Below are positions 38,934-49,051 of a DNA stretch of 64,000 bases, one piece after another. The stretch comes from an uncultured Chloroflexia bacterium. GTDB taxonomy: Bacteria; Chloroflexota; Limnocylindria; QHBO01. Made by a program: the position numbers and the translations under genes. How positions within the stretch are numbered: position 1 is the stretch's first letter; every line of letters starts with the position of its first letter. The notes beneath the pieces were generated by a model. That model did no database searches and was not told the DNA's origin. It saw nothing but the letters and a program-made list of their open reading frames with translations. The stretch is from contig CAWAHY010000004.1 in the NCBI GenBank assembly GCA_963782015.1, positions 596,633 through 660,632 of the forward strand, read 5' to 3'.

Positions 38934-40280
38934 TCACGGGGCCTTGGTCCGCCCCGATCGGAATCGCTGCCAGATCCCCTCTTCCCCGCCCGGGGCGGCC
39001 TCGGTGGTCGCCTCCGCCTTCGGTCGGGCTCGGCTGCGGGGCTTCGACGGGGCCGCCTCCGGCACCGCATCGCTCGCCTTCGGGGACCGGCGCCGCGGCT
39101 TGGCCGCGTCGGCGGCCGGGGCCTCCGCGCCGGCATCGGCGGCTTGGGCCTGGGCTCGGCTGCGGCGCGGCCGAGGCGCCGGGGACGCTGCCTCAGCGAC
39201 CGGCGTCTCCCCGGACTCGGGGGCTTGCGGCGCGCGGGCTCGGCTGCGGCGCGGGCGGGCAGGCTCGGCCACGGCCGGCGCGGGCTCTCCAGCAGCAGGC
39301 AGCAGGCCCAGCTCGGCGAGCGTCGCCTCATCGGCCTCCTCGAAGGTGTACTCCCGGGCCTCGTCCGCGTCCGCCGCTCCCGCCTGCGAGACGTCATCGA
39401 GCTCGGTCCAGCCGATCTCCCCGTTCTCGCTCGCGGCCGGCGCCACCTCGGTGGTGGCCTCATCGGTGCGACCGCGGCCACGACCGCGACCGCGACCGCC
39501 GCGGCGTCGGCGACGACGACGGGCCTCGCCGGTGGCCGCGTCGGTGCTCGGCTCGCCCGCCGGGGCCGCCTCGGGCGGCTCTTCGGTGCCGGGCGCCATC
39601 GCCTCGACGATCGCCGGCTCGGGGCGCGGGCGTCCACGGCCTCGACCGCGCGCGGCTGGCTTGGCGCCGCCCTCCCGGATGGCCGCCAGGGCGGCGGCGG
39701 CGACCGCCGCCGGAGCCTCACGGAAGCCGAACTCCGGGACGACCTCCTTTGCCGGCATCGGCGGCGCGCTCATCACCTTGCTCGCCTTGTCGGCGTCCTT
39801 GCCGCGGCCGATGCCGATGATCTTCATGATGTCGATGAACTCGTCGGCCACCGCGATCAGGTCGGAGCTGGTGTTCGGCCGGAAGCTGATCACCTCGCAA
39901 CGGACACCCTTGTCCTGGAGCGCGCGAATGGCGGGGGCGAAGTCTCCGTCGCCCGACACGATGACGGCGATGTCCATCCGGTCGGCGAGGCGGAAGAGGT
40001 CCACCACCAGCTCGATGTCCAGGTTGGCCTTGACGCGGCCATCGCCGAACTTGCGGATGTCCTTGTGAACGACCTTGTAGTCGTTCTTGCCCAGGAAGTC
40101 GATGAACTTGCGCTGGTTTTCGTTCTCGGGGTCGAGCCCCGAATAGGCGTAGGCGCGAATCAGGTCACGCCCCTTGGTGGCCGCTTTGAGGAGCGCGACG
40201 TAATCGACGTCGACCTCCAGGCCACGGGCGGAGTAGTACAGGTTGGCAACGTCAACGAAGACGGCCACGTTCTTGCTCAA
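38934..40280 (-). CDS. NYN (LabA/DUF88-like, PIN-related) domain protein with a long low-complexity Arg/Gly/Ala/Pro/Glu-rich C-terminal tail
   Basis: ORF 38934..40280 (TTG start, GGGAGAAG upstream). The N-terminal 165 aa include VAVFVDVANLYYS and IAVIVSGDGDFAPAIRALQDKG. The remaining about 280 aa are compositionally biased, including RRRRRRGGRGRGRGRGR. Confidence 0.8.
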   Translation of the reverse strand: MSKNVAVFVDVANLYYSARGLEVDVDYVALLKAATKGRDLIRAYAYSGLDPENENQRKFIDFLGKNDYKVVHKDIRKFGDGRVKANLDIELVVDLFRLADRMDIAVIVSGDGDFAPAIRALQDKGVRCEVISFRPNTSSDLIAVADEFIDIMKIIGIGRGKDADKASKVMSAPPMPAKEVVPEFGFREAPAAVAAAALAAIREGGAKPAARGRGRGRPRPEPAIVEAMAPGTEEPPEAAPAGEPSTDAATGEARRRRRRRGGRGRGRGRGRTDEATTEVAPAASENGEIGWTELDDVSQAGAADADEAREYTFEEADEATLAELGLLPAAGEPAPAVAEPARPRRSRARAPQAPESGETPVAEAASPAPRPRRSRAQAQAADAGAEAPAADAAKPRRRSPKASDAVPEAAPSKPRSRARPKAEATTEAAPGGEEGIWQRFRSGRTKAP

Positions 40281-40347
40281 GTGAGCTTCTCCCAGGTTGA
40301 TTCCGATGTGGTTGTCGCGGCGGCGTCCCGGCCCGGCGCGCCAAGGT

Positions 40348-40359
40348 CTGAACGTTCAG
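40348..40359. promoter_or_regulatory. perfect 12 bp palindrome CTGAACGTTCAG about 70 nt upstream of the NYN gene start (candidate operator)
   Basis: Read directly at 40348-40359. It is A/T-rich relative to its surroundings and lies in a 520 bp region without a convincing ORF. Confidence 0.35.
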
Positions 40360-40870
40360 TCGATGGCGCGGCTCAGCAGCGCCCCTCGCCTCGCGAACCG
40401 GCGGCACTCGTGAGCGCCGGCCAATCGGTGGCGAGAGGATCGGTGACAGCCACCCGTGCAACCGTTATTGCGCGCTGAGACGACCGAAGTCGCTCCGCGG
40501 CGCGGCGTCCGTGCCCCGCGCGGCGCTCCCTGCGTCCCGGCATCCGCTTCGAGCTCATCGGTAACGCCGATGAACGGACCCAAGCGAGGGCGGGACGGAA
40601 CGGGAGGACCCAAGGCTGAAGGTTGGGCGCCAGGGGCGTCGGCACCTGCCAGGAAGAGAGCCTCCCGGGAGCGAAACGCAGCGCGTGGGCTGCAGACGTA
40701 CCCGCGCCAAGGATAGCACGGCGCCCGGGATGAACTCGCGAAGGCCCGCCGGACTACGTTGCAATGAGAGAGGCAGCCCTTGCGCTTGCAGCGAAGGCGC
40801 CCTTATGATGCGGCCCACTCTCATGAGAAAGGCGTGCTCGCGCCCATACGAGCAATTGGAGGATCACTGG

Positions 40871-42145
40871 ATGATGAAGTTCATGCGATGGAGCGCCGTT
40901 GCCACGGCAATGCTCCTCGTGCTCGCGGCGTGTTCGACCGCCAGCCCATCGCCGAGCCAGGCAGAGGAGAGCGTCGCGGTCAGCACAGGCCCCGACGCGG
41001 CAGCTGTCTGCGCCGCTGACGAGTTCGACTGTGTCGAAGTCGCCGCGGGCGACCCGATCGTGCTTGGGACGGCCCTGGTCATCACCGGGCCGAACAGCTC
41101 CCTCGGACTCGACAGCCAGTATGGCGCCCAGGTCGCGGTGAACCTCCGCGGTCAGGTCCTCGGCCACGACGTCGAGCTCGACACCCAGGATGACGGATGC
41201 AGCGCCGACGGCGGAACCGCATCGGCCAACCTGCTGAAGAGCAAGCCGGAGATCGTCGCGGTCATCGGCACCAGCTGCTCCAGCGCCGGCATCCCGGCCG
41301 CCCAGATCCTGAGCGAGGCCGGCATCCTGCTCGTCTCCCCCTCGAACACCGCTCCGTCCCTGACGGATCCGGCCAGCCACTCTCCGTTCTACGCCCGCAC
41401 CGCGCACAACGACAAGGTCCAGGGCGCGGCCATGGCGCAGTACGCCTGCGAGGAGCTGGGAGTCACCAGTGCGGCAACCATCCACGATGGCAGCCCGTAC
41501 GCACAGCAGCTCCAGCAGGTCTTCGCGGACAACTTCGCGTCGCAGTGCGACGGGACCGTGAGCGTGCAGGAGTCCATCACCGTCGGTCAGACCGACTTCG
41601 CGAGCCTCCTGGCCAGCATCGCCACCAGCAATGATGGCGCTGCCCCGGAGCTCCTCTACTTCCCGGTCTTCATCGCCGAGGGCGCCCTGATCGCACAGCA
41701 GGCTCGCCAGAACTCCGGCCTTGACGACACGCTGCTGGCCGGTGCCGACGGCGTCTTCAGCCCTGACTTCGTGGCTGCGGCCGGTGCTGCAGCGGAGAAC
41801 ATGTACTTCTCCGGACCGGACCTTGCCTTCGCAGGGACGTTCTACGAGGACACCTTCCTGCCTGAGTACCGGACCGTGTCCGGCGAGGACGCGCCGACCG
41901 CGCCCTTCCACGCCCACGCGTACGACGCCACGAACATGCTCCTCGATGCGATCGAGGCCGTGGCGATCAACGAGGGCGGGACCCTCTTCATCCCGCGCAC
42001 CGCTCTGAGGGACGCGTTCTTCGCAACCTCTGGCTTCGCCGGGATCACTGGCTCGCTCACCTGCAACGCGGACGGCGACTGCGCCGACGCGAAGATCTCC
42101 GTTTCCCAGCTGCAGAACGGCGAGTACGTCAGGCTCTGGCCCTAA
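40871..42145 (+). CDS. branched-chain amino acid ABC transporter substrate-binding lipoprotein (LivJ/K-like)
   Basis: ATG 40871 in the frame of ORF 40685..42145, with GGAGGA 7 nt upstream and TATGAT at 40804-40809. Signal peptide with lipobox MMKFMRWSAVATAMLLVLAAC. The body resembles periplasmic binding protein type I. Confidence 0.8.
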   Translation: MMKFMRWSAVATAMLLVLAACSTASPSPSQAEESVAVSTGPDAAAVCAADEFDCVEVAAGDPIVLGTALVITGPNSSLGLDSQYGAQVAVNLRGQVLGHDVELDTQDDGCSADGGTASANLLKSKPEIVAVIGTSCSSAGIPAAQILSEAGILLVSPSNTAPSLTDPASHSPFYARTAHNDKVQGAAMAQYACEELGVTSAATIHDGSPYAQQLQQVFADNFASQCDGTVSVQESITVGQTDFASLLASIATSNDGAAPELLYFPVFIAEGALIAQQARQNSGLDDTLLAGADGVFSPDFVAAAGAAAENMYFSGPDLAFAGTFYEDTFLPEYRTVSGEDAPTAPFHAHAYDATNMLLDAIEAVAINEGGTLFIPRTALRDAFFATSGFAGITGSLTCNADGDCADAKISVSQLQNGEYVRLWP

Positions 42146-42175
42146 AGGCTAACCGGACCAAACCAGGAACCTTCT

Positions 42176-42207
42176 GATGCGGGTGGGCCGAACGGCCCAC
42201 CCGCATC
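42176..42207 (+). terminator. strong hairpin between the binding-protein gene and the permease genes (attenuating terminator or stabiliser)
   Basis: GATGCGGGTGGGCC-gaac-GGCCCACCCGCATC, a 14 bp perfect stem, followed by acttgtact. Confidence 0.6.
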
Positions 42208-42254
42208 ACTTGTACTGACCGCGCATCAAGCAGGACCGCAGGCGAGGACCGAGC

Positions 42255-43310
42255 ATGGGGCCCTTCCGGTTGCCGCAGCGCATCAAGGCCAGCACCGTCC
42301 TCCTGACGCTGCTCGCCCTGACGGTGATCCTCGTGGTGGGCATCGGCTCGGTGCTCACGATCTCCAAGGGTCGCTATTCGCTCGAGGTCTGGGAGTCGTT
42401 CATCGTCTCGGGCGTCGCGCTCGGGGCGGTCTACGCACTCATCGCGATCGGCTACACCCTCGTCTACGGCATCCTCTTCATGATCAACTTCGCCCACGGC
42501 GAGGTGTTCATGGCCGGCGCCTTCACCGCCGTCTTCGCCGCCCAGGCGCTGGCTGACGAAGGGTTCGTCCAGAGCAACCCCGTGCTGGCCTTCAGCATCG
42601 TCCTGATCATCTCGATGCTCACCTCGATGATCGTGGCGATCCTGCTTGAACGGGTCGCGTACCGTCGCCTGCGCGGGGCACCGCGGCTGGTCCCGCTGAT
42701 CACCGCCATCGGCGCATCGCTCTTCCTGCAGTACACCTTCCGCGGCTTCTACGGCGCGGGCGTGCAGGCCTACCCGGTCTTCCCGATCTTCGAGGGGAAC
42801 CTCGACCTCTTCGGGATCCAGGTCTCCGTCGCGCGCGCCGTCGTCACCGTGGCGGCGGTCGCGCTGATGATCGGCCTCTACCTCTTCGTGGAGAAGACGA
42901 GGACCGGTCGCGCGATGCGCGCCGTCAGCGAGAACAAGGACGTCGCGTCGATGATGGGGATCAACGTCGACCGCGTGATCGTCGTCACCTTCGCCATCGG
43001 CGGCCTGCTGGCGGGCGCAGCCGGGATCCTCTACACGCTGATCTTCAACCAGGTCAGCTACTCGATGGGCTTCTTCCCCGGCATCAAGGCCTTCACCGCG
43101 GCCGTGCTGGGTGGAATCGGCAACATCGTCGGCGCGATGCTCGGTGGGCTGGCGCTCGGCCTGCTTGAGGCGGTCGCGCCGTTCCTCATCCTGGAGGGCT
43201 ATGGCATCCCCAGCGCCAACCAGCTCAAGGACGTGATCGCGTTCAGTGTGCTGGTCCTGGTCCTCATCTTCCGCCCCACCGGGTTCCTCGGCCGCAAGGA
43301 CAGCACCTGA
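42255..43310 (+). CDS. livH: branched-chain amino acid ABC transporter permease (LivH-like)
   Basis: ORF 42255..43310 is polytopic, with motifs YTLVYGILFMINFAHGE and LGGIGNIVGAMLGG. Confidence 0.85.
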   Translation: MGPFRLPQRIKASTVLLTLLALTVILVVGIGSVLTISKGRYSLEVWESFIVSGVALGAVYALIAIGYTLVYGILFMINFAHGEVFMAGAFTAVFAAQALADEGFVQSNPVLAFSIVLIISMLTSMIVAILLERVAYRRLRGAPRLVPLITAIGASLFLQYTFRGFYGAGVQAYPVFPIFEGNLDLFGIQVSVARAVVTVAAVALMIGLYLFVEKTRTGRAMRAVSENKDVASMMGINVDRVIVVTFAIGGLLAGAAGILYTLIFNQVSYSMGFFPGIKAFTAAVLGGIGNIVGAMLGGLALGLLEAVAPFLILEGYGIPSANQLKDVIAFSVLVLVLIFRPTGFLGRKDST

Positions 43311-43311
43311 G

Positions 43312-45042
43312 ATGAGACCGTTCATCCGTCGCGCAGTGATCACCGGCCTGGTGACCAGCCTGGCCGTCCTCCATCTCTCGCTGGTCGGTCTGGTCGTCAA
43401 GCTCGACGAGCGCAATCTCGTCTCGGAGCTGGTGACGATCGGGGCGGTCATCCCCATCCTCGCGGCCTTCGCCGCGGGCTACCGCTCGGCGACCCCCATG
43501 CGCATCGGCGACATGGTCCGCCCCAGTCGCGGGACGGCGCTCATCTCCGGTGCCGCCAGCGGGCTGGTCGGGGGCGTGATGCTCGCCGCATTCGCCTGGA
43601 TCGTCGACAGCTTCGACGTCCACGGCGTGCTGATCAACGCGTCGCCGAAGCTGACCACGCTGCTGCACTGGGGCCTGGGCGCCACGACGGGCACGTTGGT
43701 GGTGGTCGTCGGCGCGGCAGCCATCGGCCTCCTCGGTGCCGCCGTTGCCCTCCTGCCGTCGAGCACGCGGCGCGGGGTCCTGACCGGCATCTTCGCCGTC
43801 CTGGGACTGGCACTGATGCAGACCTTCGTGGGCCAGATCCTGACCGGGCTGCCGTTCGAAGGGGTAGACAAGTTCCTGTACGCGCGCGACGGGATGACCG
43901 AGGCCGGTGCCGCAGCCGTGCTGATCGGTTTCACCGCGGCCGGCTGGGCGTGGGCATCCCGGGGCAACGACGTGCGAAAGGGCTTCGCCGGCCTGGGTGC
44001 CGGCCAGCAGCGCACCGCGCGATTCGGCGGGCTCGGCCTCGTGCTCGTCATCCTCGTGACGCTGCCGCTCTTCGTCGGCCCATTCCTGTCGCAGGCGATG
44101 GACCTGATCGGGCTGTACATCCTCCTCGGCCTGGGGCTGAACATCGTCGTCGGCTTCGCCGGCCTGCTCGACCTGGGGTACGTGGCCTTCTACGCGGTGG
44201 GGGCCTATGCCACCGCGGTGCTCACCTCCCCGGTGTCTCCCTTCTTCGCGCCCCACATCGATTTCTGGGTCGCAGTGCCCCTGGTGATGCTCATCGCCGC
44301 GTTCATCGGCCTGACCATCGGCGCGCCGGTCCTGCGGCTGCGCGGGGACTACCTCGCGATCGTGACGCTGGGCTTCGGCGAGATCGCCCGCATCGTCTTC
44401 CTGTCCGACTGGATGACCCCATACCTGGGCGGCGCGCAGGGAATCCTGCAGGTCCCCGCGCCCCAGTTCCTCGGGTTCGACCTGCGGCAGCCGGAGCGCC
44501 TCTACTACCCGATCCTGGTGGCCTGCATCATCGCCGCCATCGCGGCCGTGTCCCTCGCCAGCTCAAGGGTGGGCCGTGCCTGGACGGCGATGCGCGAGGA
44601 CGAGTCGGTGGCCGAGGCGACCGGCATCAACACCACGAAGTACAAGCTGCTCGCCTTCTCGCTGGGCGCCACCTTCGGCGGCCTCGCCGGCGCGCTCTAC
44701 GCGGTCCGCATCGGGAGCGTCTTCCCCCAGGAGCTCAACATCATCGTCTCGATCAACGCCCTGGCCCTGATCATCCTGGGCGGCATCGGCTCGATCCGCG
44801 GGGTGGTCGTGGGCGCGATCGTGCTGGTCGGGCTGCCGGAGCTCCTGCGCGAGTTCAGCGAGTACCGGCTGCTCATCTACGGCATCGTGCTGGTGGCCAT
44901 GATGCTGCTGCGACCGGAGGGTCTGCTGCCGAACCGCAGCCGCCGAGCGGAGCTCCACGAGGGGGATGACGAGATGTCACATGACGAGGAGCAATGGGAA
45001 CGGGAGGCCGGGGTTGAAACGCCGGAGCCGATGATCAGGTGA
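43312..45042 (+). CDS. livM: branched-chain amino acid ABC transporter permease (LivM-like) with a long N-terminal membrane extension
   Basis: ATG 43312 in the frame of ORF 43246..45042. The C-terminal half carries LivM motifs (GLNIVVGFAGLLDLGYVAFYAVGAY, LGGIGSIRGVVVGA). Confidence 0.8.
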   Translation: MRPFIRRAVITGLVTSLAVLHLSLVGLVVKLDERNLVSELVTIGAVIPILAAFAAGYRSATPMRIGDMVRPSRGTALISGAASGLVGGVMLAAFAWIVDSFDVHGVLINASPKLTTLLHWGLGATTGTLVVVVGAAAIGLLGAAVALLPSSTRRGVLTGIFAVLGLALMQTFVGQILTGLPFEGVDKFLYARDGMTEAGAAAVLIGFTAAGWAWASRGNDVRKGFAGLGAGQQRTARFGGLGLVLVILVTLPLFVGPFLSQAMDLIGLYILLGLGLNIVVGFAGLLDLGYVAFYAVGAYATAVLTSPVSPFFAPHIDFWVAVPLVMLIAAFIGLTIGAPVLRLRGDYLAIVTLGFGEIARIVFLSDWMTPYLGGAQGILQVPAPQFLGFDLRQPERLYYPILVACIIAAIAAVSLASSRVGRAWTAMREDESVAEATGINTTKYKLLAFSLGATFGGLAGALYAVRIGSVFPQELNIIVSINALALIILGGIGSIRGVVVGAIVLVGLPELLREFSEYRLLIYGIVLVAMMLLRPEGLLPNRSRRAELHEGDDEMSHDEEQWEREAGVETPEPMIR

Positions 45043-45868
45043 GCGAGATGAACACGACTACCAGCGCCGGCCCCACCGCCCCCGCCCCGGCGGAGGACGC
45101 GGTGCTCCGTGCCGAGAAGGTGACGATGCGGTTCGGCGGGCTGGTCGCCAACCGCGACGTCGACTTCGTCATCCCGCGGCGAGCCATCGTCTCGCTGATC
45201 GGGCCGAACGGGGCCGGCAAGACGACCTTCTTCAACCAGCTCACCGGCATGCTGACCCCGACCTCGGGGCGGATCCTGCTCGACGGCACCCCGACCATCG
45301 GCCTCTCGCCGCACGAGATCGTGGACCTCGGCATCGGGCGCACCTTCCAGAACATCCGCCTCTTCAACGAGATGTCGGTGCTCGGCAACGTGATGGTCGG
45401 CCGCCACGTGCGGATGCGTGCCTCGTGGATCGGCTCGCTGCTGCGCTTCCCGGCGGTGCGCCGCGAGGAGGAGCTCACCACGGCGCGCGCCCGGGAGCTG
45501 CTCGACCTGGTCGGGCTCGACCGCGCGTACGAAGGCGAGTGGGCGCGCAACCTGCCATACGGCGACCAGCGCCGGCTGGAGATCGCCCGCGCCCTGGCCA
45601 GCGACCCGAAGCTGCTCCTGCTGGATGAGCCGACCGCCGGCATGAACCCCGGCGAGACCGCGCAGATGACGAAGCTGATCGCCAGGCTGCGCGACACACT
45701 CAACCTGTCGGTCCTCCTGATCGAGCACGACATGAAGGTCGTGATGGGCGTCAGCGAGCGGATCACGGTGCTCGACTACGGAGAGAAGATCGCCGAGGGG
45801 ACGCCAGCGGAGATCCGCGCCAACCCGCGGGTGATCGAGGCCTACCTCGGCAAGCAGGCGACCGCCTC

Positions 45869-45872
<4 letters not shown>
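45039..45872 (+). CDS. livG: branched-chain amino acid ABC transporter ATP-binding protein (LivG-like)
   Basis: ORF 45039..45872: Walker A GPNGAGKTT, the LivG-type insert, signature YGDQRRLEIARAL, and Walker B LLLDEP. Confidence 0.85.
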
Positions 45873-46645
<773 letters not shown>

Positions 46646-46996
46646 TCAGCGGCACGCCACGGCGCCGCTCCACACCGGACCGTCGGCGTAGCGGGAGATG
46701 TAGTAGGCGACGCTGCAGTCGCCGAAGCCCAGCAGCGAGCGGTCGATGCTCAGTCGTCGCAGGTCCTCGCGCTCGAAGGTGTGGGGCGCCGGGTCGGCCG
46801 CGAGGATCGCGTCGCCCCACGCCTGGCAGGCGGTCGGCGAGGCTCCGGTCGCGCCGCTGCACTCGATCGTGATCAGGGGATTTCGCGCTGACGTGACGAG
46901 GATCGCCGGGCGGATCGCGAGCCACCCGATGCCCGCCAGCCCAACGAGGAGCAGGAGCAGCGGGATCGCGATCGCTCGCCTGGAGACTGAGTTCAT
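46646..46996 (-). CDS. hypothetical secreted or membrane-anchored protein
   Basis: ORF 46646..47083. I prefer the ATG at 46996, which gives MNSVSRRAIAIPLLLLLVGLAGIGWLA. Confidence 0.45.
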   Translation of the reverse strand: MNSVSRRAIAIPLLLLLVGLAGIGWLAIRPAILVTSARNPLITIECSGATGASPTACQAWGDAILAADPAPHTFEREDLRRLSIDRSLLGFGDCSVAYYISRYADGPVWSGAVACR

Positions 46997-47108
46997 GCCG
47001 AGGGCGGCCGTGCGTCCCGCTGCCGGCCAGGATGCGAAGGCCCCTGGTGCTCGCTCGTCGTAACGTACACGTCCATCTCCCACATCTAACGCTACAGGGT
47101 TCCGACAC

Positions 47109-47918
47109 GTGCAGAAGGATCACGCCCGGCCGAGATGGCCACTGGCGGTCGCCGGCCTGGGGTTGGCCGTGCTGGCCCTCTCGTTCGCTCCTGGCTGGCT
47201 CACGCACCACCGCGAGGTGGGGGGCGAGGGCTACCGCACGCTGACGCTGTCGCTCAACGCGTGGCAGCTGCGCTCGTGGCCGGTGTTGAGCGTCGGCGTG
47301 GTCGCGGGGCTGGTCGCCGGCCTCGTCGCGATAGCCATCCCGCGAGTCCGCGGCGTCCTCACGGTCGTCGTCGCCGTGCCGTTCGGGCTGCTGCTGGCCG
47401 CGGCGGTGCCGCTCTCCCACGTCGCCCACGTCAGCTGGGTCTCGATCACTCCGGGCTGGACGCTGCTGGCCGGCGTCGCGGCGATGGCGGGGATGGCCGT
47501 CCTGGCGTTCCGGGGAACAGATCCGACGCGGCGCGTCGTCCTCGCCGCGGGCGTCGCCTTCCTCGTCTCCGGGGCCGGCGGCCTCGGCGCCAGGGTCGTC
47601 CAGCTCGAGCTGGCCGAGCGTGTCAGGGTGCACTGGTCCGAGGGAACGTACGGCCGGGTGGATGGCGGGTCTCAGCGGCTCACCCTGCGGGACGCTACCT
47701 ACGCGGTCGGTGCCTGGTCCGGCTCCATGGAGCCAGCCGGGATCAGTGTCATCATCACCGGCGACCAGGCTTGCCCCGAGGCGCGGGGGTTCTACCACGT
47801 GCGCAGCGCGGGAGATGACAGCATCCTGTGGGAGAAGGTGGTGGACGTGTGCGGTGACGGTGCCAGGGCCAAGGCGCTCGAGGGCGTGTGGCGACCGCTG
47901 GCGGACGGCGGCGAATGA
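47109..47918 (+). CDS. hypothetical membrane protein
   Basis: ORF 47109..47918 (GTG start). It has several TM helices in the N-terminal two thirds and a soluble Cys-containing C-terminal part. Confidence 0.5.
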   Translation: MQKDHARPRWPLAVAGLGLAVLALSFAPGWLTHHREVGGEGYRTLTLSLNAWQLRSWPVLSVGVVAGLVAGLVAIAIPRVRGVLTVVVAVPFGLLLAAAVPLSHVAHVSWVSITPGWTLLAGVAAMAGMAVLAFRGTDPTRRVVLAAGVAFLVSGAGGLGARVVQLELAERVRVHWSEGTYGRVDGGSQRLTLRDATYAVGAWSGSMEPAGISVIITGDQACPEARGFYHVRSAGDDSILWEKVVDVCGDGARAKALEGVWRPLADGGE

Positions 47919-48064
47919 CGGACGACCCTCCCCCGCCGCGCCGCGCCCCGCGCGACTACCGCCCGGACCTGCGGCCGATGCTGATCCTGGCCGGCCTGCT
48001 GGTGCTGGTGATCCTCGGCTGGATCCTGATCAGCCCCCTCGTCCTGCCAGCGCCGGCGCGCTAG
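47915..48064 (+). CDS. small membrane protein, 49 aa (not in the ORF track)
   Basis: ATG 47915 overlaps the preceding stop (ATGA). The ORF ends at TAG 48062-48064. Translation: MTDDPPPPRRAPRDYRPDLRPMLILAGLLVLVILGWILISPLVLPAPAR. Confidence 0.4.
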   Translation: MTDDPPPPRRAPRDYRPDLRPMLILAGLLVLVILGWILISPLVLPAPAR

Positions 48065-48492
48065 GCACGGCGCGTCGCCAGGCCCCGCCCCGCCCCATAC
48101 AGCACGAGCCCGATCCCGAGCGCCGCGGCCGCGAGCCCGGGGGAGTGCTGCGGGAGCGGCACGAACCCGACCGACCACAGCTCCCAGACGCGATACGCGA
48201 GCGCGGCGGCCGCGACCAGGCCGAGTGCCAGGTAGACCCACGGGGCGTCGAGCACGAACCCCCACCGCCCGCGCATGTAGCCGATATCGAGCAGCACCAG
48301 GGCGGCCAGCGCGGCGCCGTAGACGACGATCCCCGGCCCCTCGAGCCCGATCCCCGCGCTGGCTGGGATCGACACGCCGTTGACCTCCTCGCCCCCCGCC
48401 TGCCACCAGGTCAGGAACCCGGCGGCCACCATCAGCAGGCTGCCGAGCAGGATCGGGAAGCGATAGCGGCCGCCCGGCGCCCCGTCGGCCAT
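48061..48492 (-). CDS. hypothetical membrane protein
   Basis: ORF 48061..48492 has four predicted TM segments. It ends 4 nt from the start of hpt on the same strand. Confidence 0.5.
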   Translation of the reverse strand: MADGAPGGRYRFPILLGSLLMVAAGFLTWWQAGGEEVNGVSIPASAGIGLEGPGIVVYGAALAALVLLDIGYMRGRWGFVLDAPWVYLALGLVAAAALAYRVWELWSVGFVPLPQHSPGLAAAALGIGLVLYGAGRGLATRRA

Positions 48493-48496
48493 GCGG

Positions 48497-49051
48497 CTAC
48501 TCCGGGGTGGCCGGGCCGTACACCGAGGGCCGCAGGACGCCGATGTAGGGGAGGTTCCGGTACCGCTCGCCGTAGTCCAGGCCGTAGCCGATCACGAATC
48601 GATCCGGGATCGTGAAGCCGCGGTAGTCGATCTCGATCTCGGCCAGGCGGCGCGCCGGCTTGTCGAGCAGGCAGCAGATCCGGATCGAGGCCGGGCCCTT
48701 GTCGTGCAGGTAGCGAAGCAGGTAGTTGAGGGTCAGGCCGGTGTCGATGATGTCCTCGACCACGAGCACCTCCCGCCCGGCAATCGAGGTGGAGAGGTCC
48801 TTGAGGATCCGCACCTGCCCGCTCGACTCGGTGGAGGCGCCGTAGCTGCTCACCTCCATCAGGTCGATCGAGAGGGGGATCGGCATGGCGCGGACCAGGT
48901 CGGCCAGGAAGATGATCGAGCCCTTCAGCACGCTGACCAGGACCGGCTCGCGCCCCGCGTACTCGTCCGCCAGCTGCGCGCCGAGCTCTGCGACGCGGGC
49001 CTGGACCTGCTCGCTGCTGAGGAGGATCTCCTCGACGTCGGGGTCCATCAC
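48497..49051 (-). CDS. hpt: hypoxanthine phosphoribosyltransferase
   Basis: ORF 48497..49051: PRPP-binding motif VLVVEDIIDTGLT, then CCLLDKPARR and FVIGYGLDY. Confidence 0.9.
   Translation of the reverse strand: MMDPDVEEILLSSEQVQARVAELGAQLADEYAGREPVLVSVLKGSIIFLADLVRAMPIPLSIDLMEVSSYGASTESSGQVRILKDLSTSIAGREVLVVEDIIDTGLTLNYLLRYLHDKGPASIRICCLLDKPARRLAEIEIDYRGFTIPDRFVIGYGLDYGERYRNLPYIGVLRPSVYGPATPE

Noticed and set aside
39469-39520. Tandem hexamer repeat (cgaccg)n, which could look like a microsatellite or array.
   Set aside because: It is the coding sequence for the RGRGRGRGR block of the NYN protein tail on the minus strand. There is no spacer-repeat organisation.
40348-40359. The palindrome CTGAACGTTCAG read as a LexA/SOS box.
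   Set aside because: Gram-positive SOS boxes have GAAC and GTTC half-sites separated by 4 nt. Here they abut. No SOS gene is adjacent.
37925-40478. Very long ORFs 37925..39721 (minus, 598 aa), 38658..40478 (plus, 606 aa) and 38710..40068 (plus, 452 aa) overlapping the YtxH and NYN genes.
   Set aside because: They are low-complexity Arg/Pro/Ala/Ser strings produced by reading the biased NYN-tail coding region in other frames or on the other strand. The YtxH and NYN frames carry real domain signatures.
40823-40870. An earlier ATG (40823) as the start of the liv binding-protein gene, which would make it nearly leaderless from TATGAT 40804.
   Set aside because: ATG 40871 has a strong GGAGGA site at ideal spacing and yields a textbook lipoprotein signal peptide. 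The 16 extra residues (MRKACSRPYEQLEDHW) would precede the signal. The later start is kept, with some uncertainty.
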